Below, piece after piece: positions 26,419-36,198 of a stretch of DNA of 61,448 nucleotides. Position 1 is the stretch's first letter. The number at the start of each line of letters is the position of its first letter. Source of the stretch: a virus (Duplodnaviria > Caudoviricetes); IMG/VR virus record IMGVR_UViG_3300044454_000272, positions 1-61,448 of that record. The stretch is one strand, 5' to 3'. The notes beneath the pieces are model-generated. The model did no database searches. It had not been told where the DNA came from and worked only from the letters and a program-made list of their open reading frames with translations. The translations under genes and the position numbers were made by a program.

Positions 26419-27549
26419 ATGGCATTCAAAAAGCCAGCAGGGAAGAAGACCGGAGTCGGTGGGTTCGAATACAAGAAGCGCACCAAGGAAGATTACGATC
26501 GCCGCGCCACCGCGGGGGCGGGACGCGAAGGCTTTTTGGCCGAGGGCGTCACCATGTTCTCGCCCAAAGCTGGCGACCACAGCATCCGCATTCTGCCGCC
26601 CACATGGGATGAAGCCGAGCACTATGGGTTCGACGCGTACGCACACTACGACATCGGTCCGGATGGCGGCGCGTACCTGTGCCTCGACCGGATGAAGGGT
26701 GAGCCGTGTCCGATCTGCGAGGCGCGGTCGAAGGCAATCGCGGATGGTGAAGAGGAGTTGCAGGAGAAGCTGAAGTGGCGGCGCCGTGTGCTGTGTTACG
26801 TCATCGACCGCGACAACGAAAAGGAAGGGCCCTTGCTGTGGTCAATGCCGCAATCGCTGGATAAGGAAATTAGCTCGGTCTGCCAAGACAAGAAGACGGG
26901 CGAAGTTTATGACCCGGACGATCCTTCGGAAAACGGTTACGACGTTTCGTTTACGCGCGAAGGCGAAAAGCTCAAGACCAAGTACGTCTCTGTGCAGGTC
27001 GATCGCCGCTCCTCCCCGCTCAGCGAAGACGAGGACCAGGCTACTGAGTGGCTCACGTACATTCAAGAGAATCCTGTTCCCGACCAACTCGTGTTCCCCG
27101 ATCCGGACCACATCGCACGGCTCGTGGAAGGCGGGCTCACCTCGGTCAAGGGTGCACGCGACAAGGCCAAGGATGACAAGGACGATGACGACAAGAAGGG
27201 CCGCGGCGGCAAGTTCGGCAGCAAGCGCAAGGAAAAGGAACCGGAGCCGGAGGCGGACGCGGAAGGGCTGACGTGGGATGACGTGCATGCGCTCGAGGAG
27301 GGCGACTTGCAAGCGTTGGCCGACGAGCACGACGTCGACATCAGCGGCTGCGAGTCCGAGGAAGAAGCAGCGGATCTGATTTGCAGCAGCCTCGAGATCG
27401 AAGCACCGGAAGGCGAAGAAGCGGAGCCGGAAGAGGAGGAGAAGCCGGCGCGGAAACCTGTCAAGAAGTCAACGCCGGTCAAGAAGACCGTGACGCCGGT
27501 CAAGAAGTCTTCGCGCTTGGACCAGCTGCGCAAGAAGAGCGGCAAGTAG
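26419..27549 (+). CDS. Single-stranded DNA-binding protein, T4 gp32-like
   Basis: IRILPP, HY, C......CPICE, GYD, TKY; acidic tail. Confidence 0.78.
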   Translation: MAFKKPAGKKTGVGGFEYKKRTKEDYDRRATAGAGREGFLAEGVTMFSPKAGDHSIRILPPTWDEAEHYGFDAYAHYDIGPDGGAYLCLDRMKGEPCPICEARSKAIADGEEELQEKLKWRRRVLCYVIDRDNEKEGPLLWSMPQSLDKEISSVCQDKKTGEVYDPDDPSENGYDVSFTREGEKLKTKYVSVQVDRRSSPLSEDEDQATEWLTYIQENPVPDQLVFPDPDHIARLVEGGLTSVKGARDKAKDDKDDDDKKGRGGKFGSKRKEKEPEPEADAEGLTWDDVHALEEGDLQALADEHDVDISGCESEEEAADLICSSLEIEAPEGEEAEPEEEEKPARKPVKKSTPVKKTVTPVKKSSRLDQLRKKSGK

Positions 27550-27550
27550 G

Positions 27551-28633
27551 ATGGCGCAGCGCCGCGCAGTGCTGGTGCCGAAGAAGAAGGCGCGCCCCGA
27601 AACGGACACGCCTGTTTCGCCGCCGGATGATGCCCCTCGCACAAAGCAAAAGGGCACCGCCGGCGGTTCTTACTTCGCAGCACCCTCTACAGAGCTGGAG
27701 TTCTTCTCCTCCGGCTCTGCATTGTTAGATTGCGTCCTCGGCGGCGGTTATCCGCTGGGGCGCGTCGTCAACATCGTTGGTGATAAGAGCACCGGCAAGA
27801 CATTATTGGCAATCGAGGCTTGCGCCAACTTTGCCCGCCGCTTTGCCAAAGGTCGCATTGACTATGACGAAGCAGAGTCGGCGTTCGACAAGCCCTACGC
27901 GGCAGCGCTAGGGATGCCAATTAGCCGTGTGCGCTTCCCGCCGACAGCGCATGAGACAGTAGAAGACGTGTTCGAGCATCTGAACAAGTGGGTGGAGAAG
28001 GACTCCGGCGAGCCGGGGTTGTACATCCTCGACAGCTTGGATGCACTGTCCGACCGTGCTGAGCTTGCGCGCAACGTGGACGAAGGCAGCTACGGCACGG
28101 GCAAGGCTAAGCAGATGTCGCGCCTGTTCCGCGAGTTGGTGCGGCGCATTACCGAGCGCCGTGTATGCGTCATTATCATTAGCCAGGTGCGGGACAACAT
28201 CGGCGTAACGTTTGGCCGCAAGACTACGCGCAGTGGCGGGCGCGCATTGGACTTCTACGCCAGCCAAGTGCTGTACCTTGCACAAATCAAGACGCTGAAG
28301 AAAACGGTCAGCGGCGTGCAGCGCGCAATCGGGCTGGAAATCAAAGCCAAGTGCGACAAGAACAAGGTGGGGCTGCCGCTGCGCGAGTGCGTGTTCCCGA
28401 TCCGGTTTGGCTACGGCATTGATGACATTGCAGCGAGCGTGCACTGGTTAGAAGAAGTAGGCAAGCTGGACGCAGCCGGACTCAACAAAGCTAAGCTTCC
28501 CGGCTTCTTGAAGGGGCTGGAGAACGCAACGCCGGAAGAAGTGGCGAAGCAGCGCGCCGAGTTGGATGCTGTTGTGCGCGAGCAGTGGTACGTCATCGAA
28601 AAGGACTTCCTGCCGACACGGCGCAAGTATTAA
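27551..28633 (+). CDS. recA: RecA/UvsX recombinase
   Basis: SSGS.LLD..LGGGYP.GR, GDKSTGKT, LDSL, SQVRDNIG, GGRALDFYAS, KNKVG. Confidence 0.93.
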   Translation: MAQRRAVLVPKKKARPETDTPVSPPDDAPRTKQKGTAGGSYFAAPSTELEFFSSGSALLDCVLGGGYPLGRVVNIVGDKSTGKTLLAIEACANFARRFAKGRIDYDEAESAFDKPYAAALGMPISRVRFPPTAHETVEDVFEHLNKWVEKDSGEPGLYILDSLDALSDRAELARNVDEGSYGTGKAKQMSRLFRELVRRITERRVCVIIISQVRDNIGVTFGRKTTRSGGRALDFYASQVLYLAQIKTLKKTVSGVQRAIGLEIKAKCDKNKVGLPLRECVFPIRFGYGIDDIAASVHWLEEVGKLDAAGLNKAKLPGFLKGLENATPEEVAKQRAELDAVVREQWYVIEKDFLPTRRKY

Positions 28634-28648
28634 AGTAGGGGGACAGGC

Positions 28649-29023
28649 GTGCTTGATATAATGTTTACCCAAGAGCATGTGGTGCGGGCTATCGATGCGT
28701 TTCTTGAATACGGCGAGCAACTGTGGAAAGAAAACCGATTGCTCGACGGTGACCGTGTCAAGGGCAGTTTCTTCGCGGAGAGCATGGGTGGATGGGCGGC
28801 ACGCTGCTTGCGTTTTCACCGCGAGCAGCTCGTCAATCCGCCGCCTTCGCTGAGCGCTGCTGCGCTGCGACGAGCGGAAATGGTGGGTTACATAAATGGG
28901 TTGCAGTATGCGGGAAACCTGAAAACAAGAGTTCAGCGTGGGGATGAAGGTTCCCGTGTCCTGAATGACATTCGCGCTCAAATCGACGCTGCAATTACCG
29001 CCGCGTATGAGGAAGCAAAATGA
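28649..29023 (+). CDS. Hypothetical protein
   Basis: ORF in operon. Confidence 0.55.
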   Translation: MLDIMFTQEHVVRAIDAFLEYGEQLWKENRLLDGDRVKGSFFAESMGGWAARCLRFHREQLVNPPPSLSAAALRRAEMVGYINGLQYAGNLKTRVQRGDEGSRVLNDIRAQIDAAITAAYEEAK

Positions 29024-29162
29024 AGCGGTCGGTTTTCCTGTGGATTGCGTGGTGCTTGTGGGCAGTAACCAACTTCTCGCTCGGCGTGTGGTTTGACCAT
29101 TCCTTCTTGCAGCACTGTGCGCGCCTGCAATTTCTCCAGCAGCAATTCATAGAGGTGCAGCT

Positions 29163-29498
29163 ATGAGTGAAGAGCGATCTATATTCGGTAAGCACTTGCG
29201 GGCGTGGCGGCACGGTTTCAGCAGCTCTGTTTACCTGACCTACTACGAGGTACAGGGCAGCGGACAAGTTATGGCGGGCAAGAAGCTCGTCATGGAAGCG
29301 GTTGAAGAAGGCGAGGAATATGAAAACTTCACCTTGCTGCCGCGCACCGCAGCGCAAGAACTGATGGACGACTTGTGGCAGTGCGGTGTGAGGCCGTCCG
29401 AGGGCTCCGGCAGCGCGGGCTCGCTCGCCGCCACCGAGCGGCACTTGCACGACATGCGTGCGCTGGTGTTCAAGAATAAAGTGGAGCCAAAAAAGTGA
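29163..29498 (+). CDS. Conserved-type phage protein (AQELMDDLWQCGVRP..G.GSAG.L.AT..HL.DMR)
   Basis: Motif and GAGG RBS. Confidence 0.7.
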   Translation: MSEERSIFGKHLRAWRHGFSSSVYLTYYEVQGSGQVMAGKKLVMEAVEEGEEYENFTLLPRTAAQELMDDLWQCGVRPSEGSGSAGSLAATERHLHDMRALVFKNKVEPKK

Positions 29499-29601
29499 AG
29501 CTGAGTCGCGGGGTGAAGGGTGATCTCGTTTACGTCGTGGTGCTCATTGTGGGGCTCGCTGCAATGATAGGCACTGTGCTTCATTACACGGGGCACCTGT
29601 A

Positions 29602-30129
29602 ATGCGCGCCGGTGGCGGTAAGCAGAAAGGCAGCAGCTTTGAGCGGGAAGTGTGCCGCGACTTGTCGCTGTGGGTTTCGCGCCAGCGCAGTGACGATCTG
29701 TTCTGGCGCTCCGCAATGAGTGGCGGACGCGCAACGGTGCGGCTGAAGAAGGGCAAGAAGACGGCGCACCAAGCTGGAGACATTTGTGCCGTGCACCCGG
29801 ACGGCAACATACTCACTGATATGTTTTTCATCGAGTGTAAGTTCTACGCGGACTTGCAGGCAGCGTCACTGCTGTTTGGCGGCGCAGGCAAAATCATATC
29901 GTTTTGGCAGGTCTGTTGTCAGCAAGCGCAAGCGCATGGCAAGTTGCCCATGCTTATCCTGCGCCAGAACCGTTACCCAGCGTTAATTGGTTTGGATAAG
30001 CGGGGCTTGGGCAAAATGGATGGGGCGTCAGCAGATTTAGTCGAGGGCTCTGTGGTCTGGACGAAGCCGGTTGCAATACACCTCGTGCCCTATAACGTTT
30101 TTATCAACTCGCGCTGCCGTTTGTGGTAG
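29602..30129 (+). CDS. Holliday junction resolvase-like PD-(D/E)xK nuclease
   Basis: KGSSFEREVC, R...SGG, GDI, IECK, W.....QA, PMLI. Confidence 0.82.
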   Translation: MRAGGGKQKGSSFEREVCRDLSLWVSRQRSDDLFWRSAMSGGRATVRLKKGKKTAHQAGDICAVHPDGNILTDMFFIECKFYADLQAASLLFGGAGKIISFWQVCCQQAQAHGKLPMLILRQNRYPALIGLDKRGLGKMDGASADLVEGSVVWTKPVAIHLVPYNVFINSRCRLW

Positions 30130-30148
30130 CGCATAACCGGAGGCAACA

Positions 30149-30445
30149 ATGAGAGTAAACGTGTACGCGGAGGAAATGACGGACCGCGTTGAAGTTATCA
30201 GCAAGCAGATCAACGGGCAGTGGTTCACCGGGTTGCGCATCTACCTCGAGTTACCGGTAACGATCCCGGCAACAATCGGCACCGGGTATATGGTGCACAA
30301 GGGGCCGTTCATGCACGGTCCCGACGACGACGACTCGGCGGCAGTCACGTTCTGGGGCAAGCAGGATCTGCGTGCGGTGCTGCGTAAAGCGCTCCAAGCG
30401 TTGGATGATCACTATGGAGTTGGACCGGGACCGAGAAGGGAGTAA
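30149..30445 (+). CDS. Hypothetical protein
   Basis: GGAGG RBS; MRVNVYAEE..DDDSAAVTFW. Confidence 0.7.
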   Translation: MRVNVYAEEMTDRVEVISKQINGQWFTGLRIYLELPVTIPATIGTGYMVHKGPFMHGPDDDDSAAVTFWGKQDLRAVLRKALQALDDHYGVGPGPRRE

Positions 30446-30455
30446 CGCTATGAGC
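30421..30455 (+). repeat. 35-bp exact direct repeat, copy 1 (copy 2 at 47095-47129)
   Basis: tggaccgggaccgagaagggagtaacgctatgagc. Confidence 0.9.
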
Positions 30456-30836
30456 CTAGACGAACAGGAAGATGCAGAGTTGTGCCGGACCTTACGGTTT
30501 ATCGCACACAGCATGGGGTATCAAGCGCCGGAACAAGCCGCTGTTCGCATCGAATCGCAAGCCGCTGCGCTAGTAGCCCTACAGGAGCAGGTTGCGCGGA
30601 TGACGCGGGAGAATGAATCGCTGCGCGCAGAGTGTGGCTTGCGGCAAATTCGGGGCTACCGCGAAGGGAAAGAAGCCGCCGCGAAACTGTGCGACGTAGA
30701 GGCCGAACGAGCCGCATCATCAATGGACCGACACGACAACACCGCGTACATGAGCGGCTGCGAAAACTGCGCTGAAATTATCCGCGCCGCTATTGTTGAC
30801 GCTGCTATGGCAGAGCGCAAGGGAGAGGGCAAATGA
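30450..30836 (+). CDS. Hypothetical coiled-coil protein
   Basis: MSLDEQ start, GGGAG RBS. Confidence 0.6.
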   Translation: MSLDEQEDAELCRTLRFIAHSMGYQAPEQAAVRIESQAAALVALQEQVARMTRENESLRAECGLRQIRGYREGKEAAAKLCDVEAERAASSMDRHDNTAYMSGCENCAEIIRAAIVDAAMAERKGEGK

Positions 30837-31036
30837 GCGAATCACTCGGCGAAGCATTTCCGAAAGAACAGGAGCGGCTGCGCGAGTTGCTGCAAGCCTA
30901 CCGCGACATCGGTCCTGCGGGAGCCTTCGGGTACATGGCGATTTCAGCGGTCGCCAAGCGTGCGGACGAGGCGGCTATCAGCGGCGACCCAGTTGCGATG
31001 CTGCGCGCCTATCAGGAAATGAAAGGTTGCGAGTGA
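30833..31036 (+). CDS. Hypothetical protein, 67 aa
   Basis: ATGA overlap, GGAGAGG RBS. Confidence 0.7.
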   Translation: MSESLGEAFPKEQERLRELLQAYRDIGPAGAFGYMAISAVAKRADEAAISGDPVAMLRAYQEMKGCE

Positions 31037-31073
31037 TGCCTGACCCTTTATCCGTGCGGGACCGGGCGAAGCT

Positions 31074-32138
31074 GTGAAGTACACGCTGCTGCTGTCGGAT
31101 CTTCACCTAACGTCCGCGCCGCGCGACGAGTACCGCTGGCAGGTGTTCGATCAGGTTGTCGATTTCGTGCAGCGGCAGCGCGTGGATCGAATCATCATCC
31201 TCGGCGATTTGACGGACGCGAAGGACGGGCACCCGGCGCGTCTAGTCAACCGTATTGTTGATCAGCTGACACGTCTGCGCGGTACGAAAGTTGCGAAGGT
31301 GGTGCAAGCGTTTCACCCCGACATCATTATTTTGCGCGGTAACCACGACGGTATCGACCCGGAGTGGCCCTACTTCAAGTTCCTAAGCTGCATTGAAGGC
31401 ATCGCGTTCATTAGCAGTCCCGTGTGGGTGAAGCTTCCTGACGCGCAGGTGTTGGCGCTACCGCACAGCCGCACGCCGCGCGTGGAGTGGGCAAAGTATT
31501 TGGTGGAGGCGGAAAAGAAGGCCGACTACATCTTGATGCACGCGACGGTGCGTGGTGCAGAGAGTGAGTCCGGGCGCGAGCTAGATTCGGAAGTAACGCT
31601 CAGCATGTTCAAGCGTTTGAACTGCCCCGTGCTTAGTGGTGACGTGCACGTACCGCAGCGCATGGGTACTGTGACGTATGTGGGCAGCCCCTACCACGTG
31701 CATTACGGCGACAAGTTTTCTCCGCGCATGCTGTACTTGGACAAGGAATGCGCGCAGCACTCGATACCGCTGACAAACATCCGGCGGTGGATGCTGGACG
31801 TAAAGGACGCGGCAGCGATCCGCAAATCAGCTGCCAAAGCCGGCGATCAAGTTAAGGTGCGCGTGCACGTCGCGGAAGCAGACTTGAGTCGATGGCAGCA
31901 GTTGCGGCAAGCCGTTGTCACCACATGCCGCATCAAGCAGCTAGACGTGGCAGCCGTGGAGTTGGTGCGGGAGGAGTCGGCGACTGTGCTGCAAGAACCC
32001 GGCGCAGTGCAGCAGCCGGAGCAAATCTTAAAGGTCTACATGCTCGAGAATAAAACGCCCGTTGCTTACGCCGCAACGGGCAACGCGTTGTTGGACGCCG
32101 CCCGAAAATCGTTACGGGCGCAGCAAGGACGGGGCTGA
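31074..32138 (+). CDS. SbcD/Mre11 (gp47-like) metallophosphoesterase nuclease
   Basis: SDLH, LGDLTD, GNHD, SGDVHVPQ, YVGSP. Confidence 0.9.
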   Translation: MKYTLLLSDLHLTSAPRDEYRWQVFDQVVDFVQRQRVDRIIILGDLTDAKDGHPARLVNRIVDQLTRLRGTKVAKVVQAFHPDIIILRGNHDGIDPEWPYFKFLSCIEGIAFISSPVWVKLPDAQVLALPHSRTPRVEWAKYLVEAEKKADYILMHATVRGAESESGRELDSEVTLSMFKRLNCPVLSGDVHVPQRMGTVTYVGSPYHVHYGDKFSPRMLYLDKECAQHSIPLTNIRRWMLDVKDAAAIRKSAAKAGDQVKVRVHVAEADLSRWQQLRQAVVTTCRIKQLDVAAVELVREESATVLQEPGAVQQPEQILKVYMLENKTPVAYAATGNALLDAARKSLRAQQGRG

Positions 32139-32151
32139 TGCGAGGCGCGCC

Positions 32152-33942
32152 GTGCTAATACAGTTCAGGACCCTTACAATCGCCGGATTCAGGTCCTTCA
32201 AGCAGGAAACGGTGATTGACCTAGAAGGCGCGGGCGGACTCGTGTCGTTGGTGGGGCGCAACGACGTGGAGCCTGCGCTAGGCGCTAACGGCGCAGGCAA
32301 GAGCACTCTCTTTGAAGCGTTGTACTGGTGCCTGTTCGGATCCACGTCGCGCAGCTTGCGTGCGGGGGATATCGCATCGTGGGACCACGACGAAAGCCCG
32401 CGTGTCGCAGTGGAGTTTCAGTGGGGCACACGACCAAGCGTTTTGGAGCGCACGTGGAATCCCAACACGTTGACGCTAGGCGGCTCGCCGGTAAGCCAGA
32501 ACGACGTGGAGCAGACGCTGGGTTACACCGCGGACACGTTCCTCTGCGCAGTGTTTCACGCACAGTTCGGCCAATACTTTGCTGATCTGCCTGCCGCGCA
32601 GCAACTCGCCGTCTACACCGACGTTCTCCGCCTCGACTTGTGGGACTTGCTCTCTGATATGGCGGCGGAGCAAGCGTTGGCAGCAGAAAAGGAAATGCAG
32701 CAGATCGAAGTACGCGCTGCTAACGCTAAAGGTCGCCTGCTGGAAGTGCGCAAAGTCGTGGACGAGCTAGCAGAGAAAGAACATACGTGGTACCGCAAGC
32801 GGTTGGCGAGCGCTAAGGTGAACAAGCGGCAACTCGTGGAATTAAAGGCAGCGCTCACTAAGCACCAGCGCAAGCTGCGCGTGGTGGAAGCGCAGCCTAA
32901 GGCCAAACTCGGCGCCAAGCAAAGCAAGCTAGACGAATTGTTGCTGCTGGAGACTGCACCCGGGCTGCGCGCGCTCGAGTTGTCGGGCACGCTGGAGAAG
33001 CTTCAGCAAGTGTTGCGCAACTTGCGCGGCATGACGCGGTGCCCTACGTGCTACCAACCCGTCAAAGCGGCTGTTGTGGAGAAAGAGGCGCGGGAGCAGC
33101 ACGACGCAGTGGAGCGGGATTTGGCAGCGGTGCGCGCCCGACTGGAAAAGCTCGTGGCTAGGCGCACCGCGTTCCAGCAAGAAGTGGCGGCAGAGCTGAA
33201 AGCATTCGGCGCCGCCGACCAGGCTCGGATGCAAGCGATCAATGCAGCCGAGAATGCGGTTCTATCTGTAGAGCGCGACGTGCGGGAAGTGTCTGCGGCG
33301 ATGCGTATCGCGGCAACGCAGGACTGCCCCTACGATACGGCAGGCAAGCAGCAAGAGTTGAGCAAGCTGGAGCAAGAGCATGCGCGCCTGTACGCGCAAC
33401 TGCAAACCACGCAAGCGGAAGCAGCCAGCAACCGGTATTGGGTGACAGCGTTCCGGGAAATACGCTTGTCGCTAATCCAGAAGTCGCTTGCCCAGTTTGA
33501 AATCACTACCAACAACGCATTGCGCGCGCTCGGGCTCGAGGAGTGGGCAGTAGAGTACGCAGTTGAAGCGGAGACAAAGTCCGGCAAGCTGAAACGCGGG
33601 TTCTCCATCGCCGTCCGCAGCCCGTACAACAGCGAGCCCGTGCCGTTCGCAGCATGGAGCGGCGGCGAGTCGCAGCGCCTGCGGTTAGCTATCGCGTTGG
33701 GCTTGTCGGACTTGATACAGGACTTTGCCGGCAATGCGTGCAACGTGGAAATCTTCGACGAACCGACGGCGCACCTCTCGGAGCAGGGCATCGTGGATTT
33801 GCTGGCCGCGCTCGAGCAGCGCGCACGGGAGCGGCAGCGCACTATTTGGTTGGCGGACCACCGCAGTTTGGATTACGGCGGGTTCGCTCGTATAGTTACT
33901 GTGCGCAAAACGGCGCAGGGCAGTGAGCTAATGGAGGGATAA
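32152..33942 (+). CDS. SbcC/Rad50 (gp46-like) ATPase
   Basis: GFRSF, NGAGKSTL, Zn-hook CPTC, WSGGE, IFDEP; GTG start. Confidence 0.9.
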   Translation: MLIQFRTLTIAGFRSFKQETVIDLEGAGGLVSLVGRNDVEPALGANGAGKSTLFEALYWCLFGSTSRSLRAGDIASWDHDESPRVAVEFQWGTRPSVLERTWNPNTLTLGGSPVSQNDVEQTLGYTADTFLCAVFHAQFGQYFADLPAAQQLAVYTDVLRLDLWDLLSDMAAEQALAAEKEMQQIEVRAANAKGRLLEVRKVVDELAEKEHTWYRKRLASAKVNKRQLVELKAALTKHQRKLRVVEAQPKAKLGAKQSKLDELLLLETAPGLRALELSGTLEKLQQVLRNLRGMTRCPTCYQPVKAAVVEKEAREQHDAVERDLAAVRARLEKLVARRTAFQQEVAAELKAFGAADQARMQAINAAENAVLSVERDVREVSAAMRIAATQDCPYDTAGKQQELSKLEQEHARLYAQLQTTQAEAASNRYWVTAFREIRLSLIQKSLAQFEITTNNALRALGLEEWAVEYAVEAETKSGKLKRGFSIAVRSPYNSEPVPFAAWSGGESQRLRLAIALGLSDLIQDFAGNACNVEIFDEPTAHLSEQGIVDLLAALEQRARERQRTIWLADHRSLDYGGFARIVTVRKTAQGSELMEG

Positions 33943-33944
33943 GC

Positions 33945-34382
33945 GTGGACAAAATAAAGGACACAGCAACACGGTATCACGACTTCAGTTGCGGTCACCG
34001 TGTCGTAGGGCACGAGGGGAAGTGTGCGCTGCTGCACGGGCATAACTATCGCATCCACTTCAAGTGCCGCGCGGAAAAGCTCGATAGTGTAGGGCGCGTT
34101 ATCGATTTTAGTGTCATCAAGCGGTTGGGTATTTGGTTGGAGGAGAATTGGGACCATAAGTTCTTGGCGTGGAATCAGGACCGGCCCTTGCGCTACTTGG
34201 TAGACGGCAGCGAGTTCGTTGACTCCATTGTGTGGGTACCGTTCAACCCCACGGCGGAAAATATTGGGCGGCACTTGCTGGTAGAGGTGGGGCCGAAGGT
34301 GCTGTGGGGCACCGGCGCCACGCTCGTCAAAGTAAAGGTGGAAGAGACGCGCAAGTGCAGCGCGACAGCCGCCCTCTATTAA
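33945..34382 (+). CDS. queD: 6-carboxy-5,6,7,8-tetrahydropterin synthase
   Basis: GHR...H.GKC..LHGHNY, VIDF, WDHKFL, NPTAEN, EET. Confidence 0.93.
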   Translation: MDKIKDTATRYHDFSCGHRVVGHEGKCALLHGHNYRIHFKCRAEKLDSVGRVIDFSVIKRLGIWLEENWDHKFLAWNQDRPLRYLVDGSEFVDSIVWVPFNPTAENIGRHLLVEVGPKVLWGTGATLVKVKVEETRKCSATAALY

Positions 34383-34387
34383 AAATT

Positions 34388-34684
34388 ATGGAGACACGAA
34401 CACGACGGGAGATGCTCTACGTCTGGAAGAAGGCGGAGGACGGCCTGTGGTACTGGATGCTCGTGTCCAGCAATGGCCGGCCCAAAGCACAAAACCCCAT
34501 CGGATTTACTCGTGCTCACACCGCACTAGGCGCGTTCCGTTCGCTGTTCGGAGCGCGTGCCCGTGACCTAGTTCCAATTTACGAGCCGCCGCCGCTTCCG
34601 CCGACGAGTTACTTGGTGCGGGGTGCGCGGCGAGCGCCAGGCTTTGCGTCGTTGGGTGCACTGTTGCAGCAAGGGATACGTTAA
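34388..34684 (+). CDS. DUF1508/YegP-like protein
   Basis: KAEDGLWYWMLVSSNG...GF. Confidence 0.5.
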   Translation: METRTRREMLYVWKKAEDGLWYWMLVSSNGRPKAQNPIGFTRAHTALGAFRSLFGARARDLVPIYEPPPLPPTSYLVRGARRAPGFASLGALLQQGIR

Positions 34685-34698
34685 CCACTGGAGGCACA

Positions 34699-35028
34699 AT
34701 GAAAGTAGGAATGAACGCCGAAGCACCAAAGAAGATCCACCGTTACTGGATCCATTACCGCGCCGCACTGGATCTCAACGTGCCCGGTGAAAGCAATCCG
34801 GAGAAGGTGCTGGACTTCGAAGCTGAGATTGGCCTCGAGCGGGATGCGCCGATCTGTACGTTCCCGCACATTGGGCAGGTGGCACAGTACCTGCAACGAG
34901 TCGTGGGGCAGCAGCGCGAAATTGCTCCGGAGCGCGTGTCCATTGCCATCAAAGGCTGGACGAAGCTGGAGGAGGAAGAGGACGCGCCACGTGTCGTTGT
35001 GCCGACACTCGCGCTGCGGCCAAACTAA
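34699..35028 (+). CDS. Hypothetical protein
   Basis: GGAGG RBS. Confidence 0.6.
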   Translation: MKVGMNAEAPKKIHRYWIHYRAALDLNVPGESNPEKVLDFEAEIGLERDAPICTFPHIGQVAQYLQRVVGQQREIAPERVSIAIKGWTKLEEEEDAPRVVVPTLALRPN

Positions 35029-35034
35029 AGGTTT

Positions 35035-35238
35035 ATGTCAGCCGCGAAACTGGAAATCGCGATTGTCGCTCTTGTGCGGCGAGCTACGAAGGAAGGAATG
35101 AGTCCGCAGCAATTCTTGAAGCTGGTTGGCGAAGCGTGGCTGTGGACTTGCGGTTGCGGGGAAGAGAACACTTATTGGACGACGCGCTGCACCCGCTGCA
35201 AGGTGCAGCGCCAAACTCGAGAGGAGGGAATCAGATGA
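35035..35238 (+). CDS. Small RanBP2-like Zn-ribbon protein
   Basis: WTCGCGEEN.....CTRC. Confidence 0.55.
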   Translation: MSAAKLEIAIVALVRRATKEGMSPQQFLKLVGEAWLWTCGCGEENTYWTTRCTRCKVQRQTREEGIR

Positions 35239-35260
35239 ACGCCGCCGCGCGAGGCACGCC

Positions 35261-35773
35261 ATGACTTGTTGCATCGTCCACGGTAAGGCGTGCGAGTGCC
35301 AGCCCGACGAGGGCTTATGGTGCCCGTACTACAAGCCGGATTGGTATGTGCGATGTCTCATGCGAGCCATTGACGAGCTTCGCGCCGAGAGGGCCGCGCT
35401 AGAGCCGCCCGCGCCCGTGGATGCGCTGATTGCACGGCTGGACCCAGCAGAGCCGCCCGCGCCGCCGCGAGGAGAAAATATGCCAAAGAAGTGCGAGCAT
35501 GGATTGACGCTCAAGGAGTGCCACGTCTGCGCCAGCCCAAAGTACGGCGAGCGTGCCGCAGCAGATGCGCGGGATGCGCTGCACGACGCAGAACTTTTGC
35601 GCGGCCTCGCCAAGAATGATTTGCTCAAGAACGCTCCGCTAGCTGTGTTTGTAGTCACGAAAGCTGCCGCAACCATCGAAGCGTTGTATTGGAATATCAG
35701 CATAGTTAAACGCGCAATAGCAGAGCAGGAGAGCGCAGGAGCAGCCGCCCGCCGCAAACGGGAGCCAGAATAA
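35261..35773 (+). CDS. Cys-rich hypothetical protein
   Basis: MTCCIVH..CEC; KCEHG...ECHVC. Confidence 0.5.
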   Translation: MTCCIVHGKACECQPDEGLWCPYYKPDWYVRCLMRAIDELRAERAALEPPAPVDALIARLDPAEPPAPPRGENMPKKCEHGLTLKECHVCASPKYGERAAADARDALHDAELLRGLAKNDLLKNAPLAVFVVTKAAATIEALYWNISIVKRAIAEQESAGAAARRKREPE

Positions 35774-35995
35774 ATGAGCGTCTGCTGCAAATTTAGCAGT
35801 GGTGCCAGCATCTACGTGGGTCCGTTACCGCACCGCAAGCGCATTGTCTTGTACACGTTGCGCGGCTCCATGCTGGAAGTGCTGGCATATTTCCCGTCGG
35901 AGACACAGGCAGCCGACTTCTGCCGTATCATGTGGAACGTAACTTATCCCGACGCGCTGCCGTACGCTGAGACAATAGCGGATCCGCAACCATGA
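35774..35995 (+). CDS. Hypothetical protein
   Basis: Abuts upstream stop. Confidence 0.5.
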   Translation: MSVCCKFSSGASIYVGPLPHRKRIVLYTLRGSMLEVLAYFPSETQAADFCRIMWNVTYPDALPYAETIADPQP

Positions 35996-36198
35996 TAATT
36001 GGCGGCTACACGGTGCACCTGTGTTGCGACGGTGATCCACACTGCCTGCGGCGCAAATCGTATTGGTGGCAGCAAGAGTTTACGGGCCCGACGGAAGGAA
36101 ATTGCTATTACCAAGCACGCAAAGCCGGGTGGAAGCTGCGCACAGCACGGGGTAAGGCAATGTGCCCGGAATGCGTAAAGAAGGGATACAAGCTATGA
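35992..36198 (+). CDS. Small Zn-finger protein
   Basis: L.CD...C, AR.AGW, CPEC. Confidence 0.65.
   Translation: MIIGGYTVHLCCDGDPHCLRRKSYWWQQEFTGPTEGNCYYQARKAGWKLRTARGKAMCPECVKKGYKL

Noticed and set aside
27457-27510. PVKK x3 nucleotide repeats in SSB tail
   Set aside because: Low-complexity coding repeat, not a DNA element
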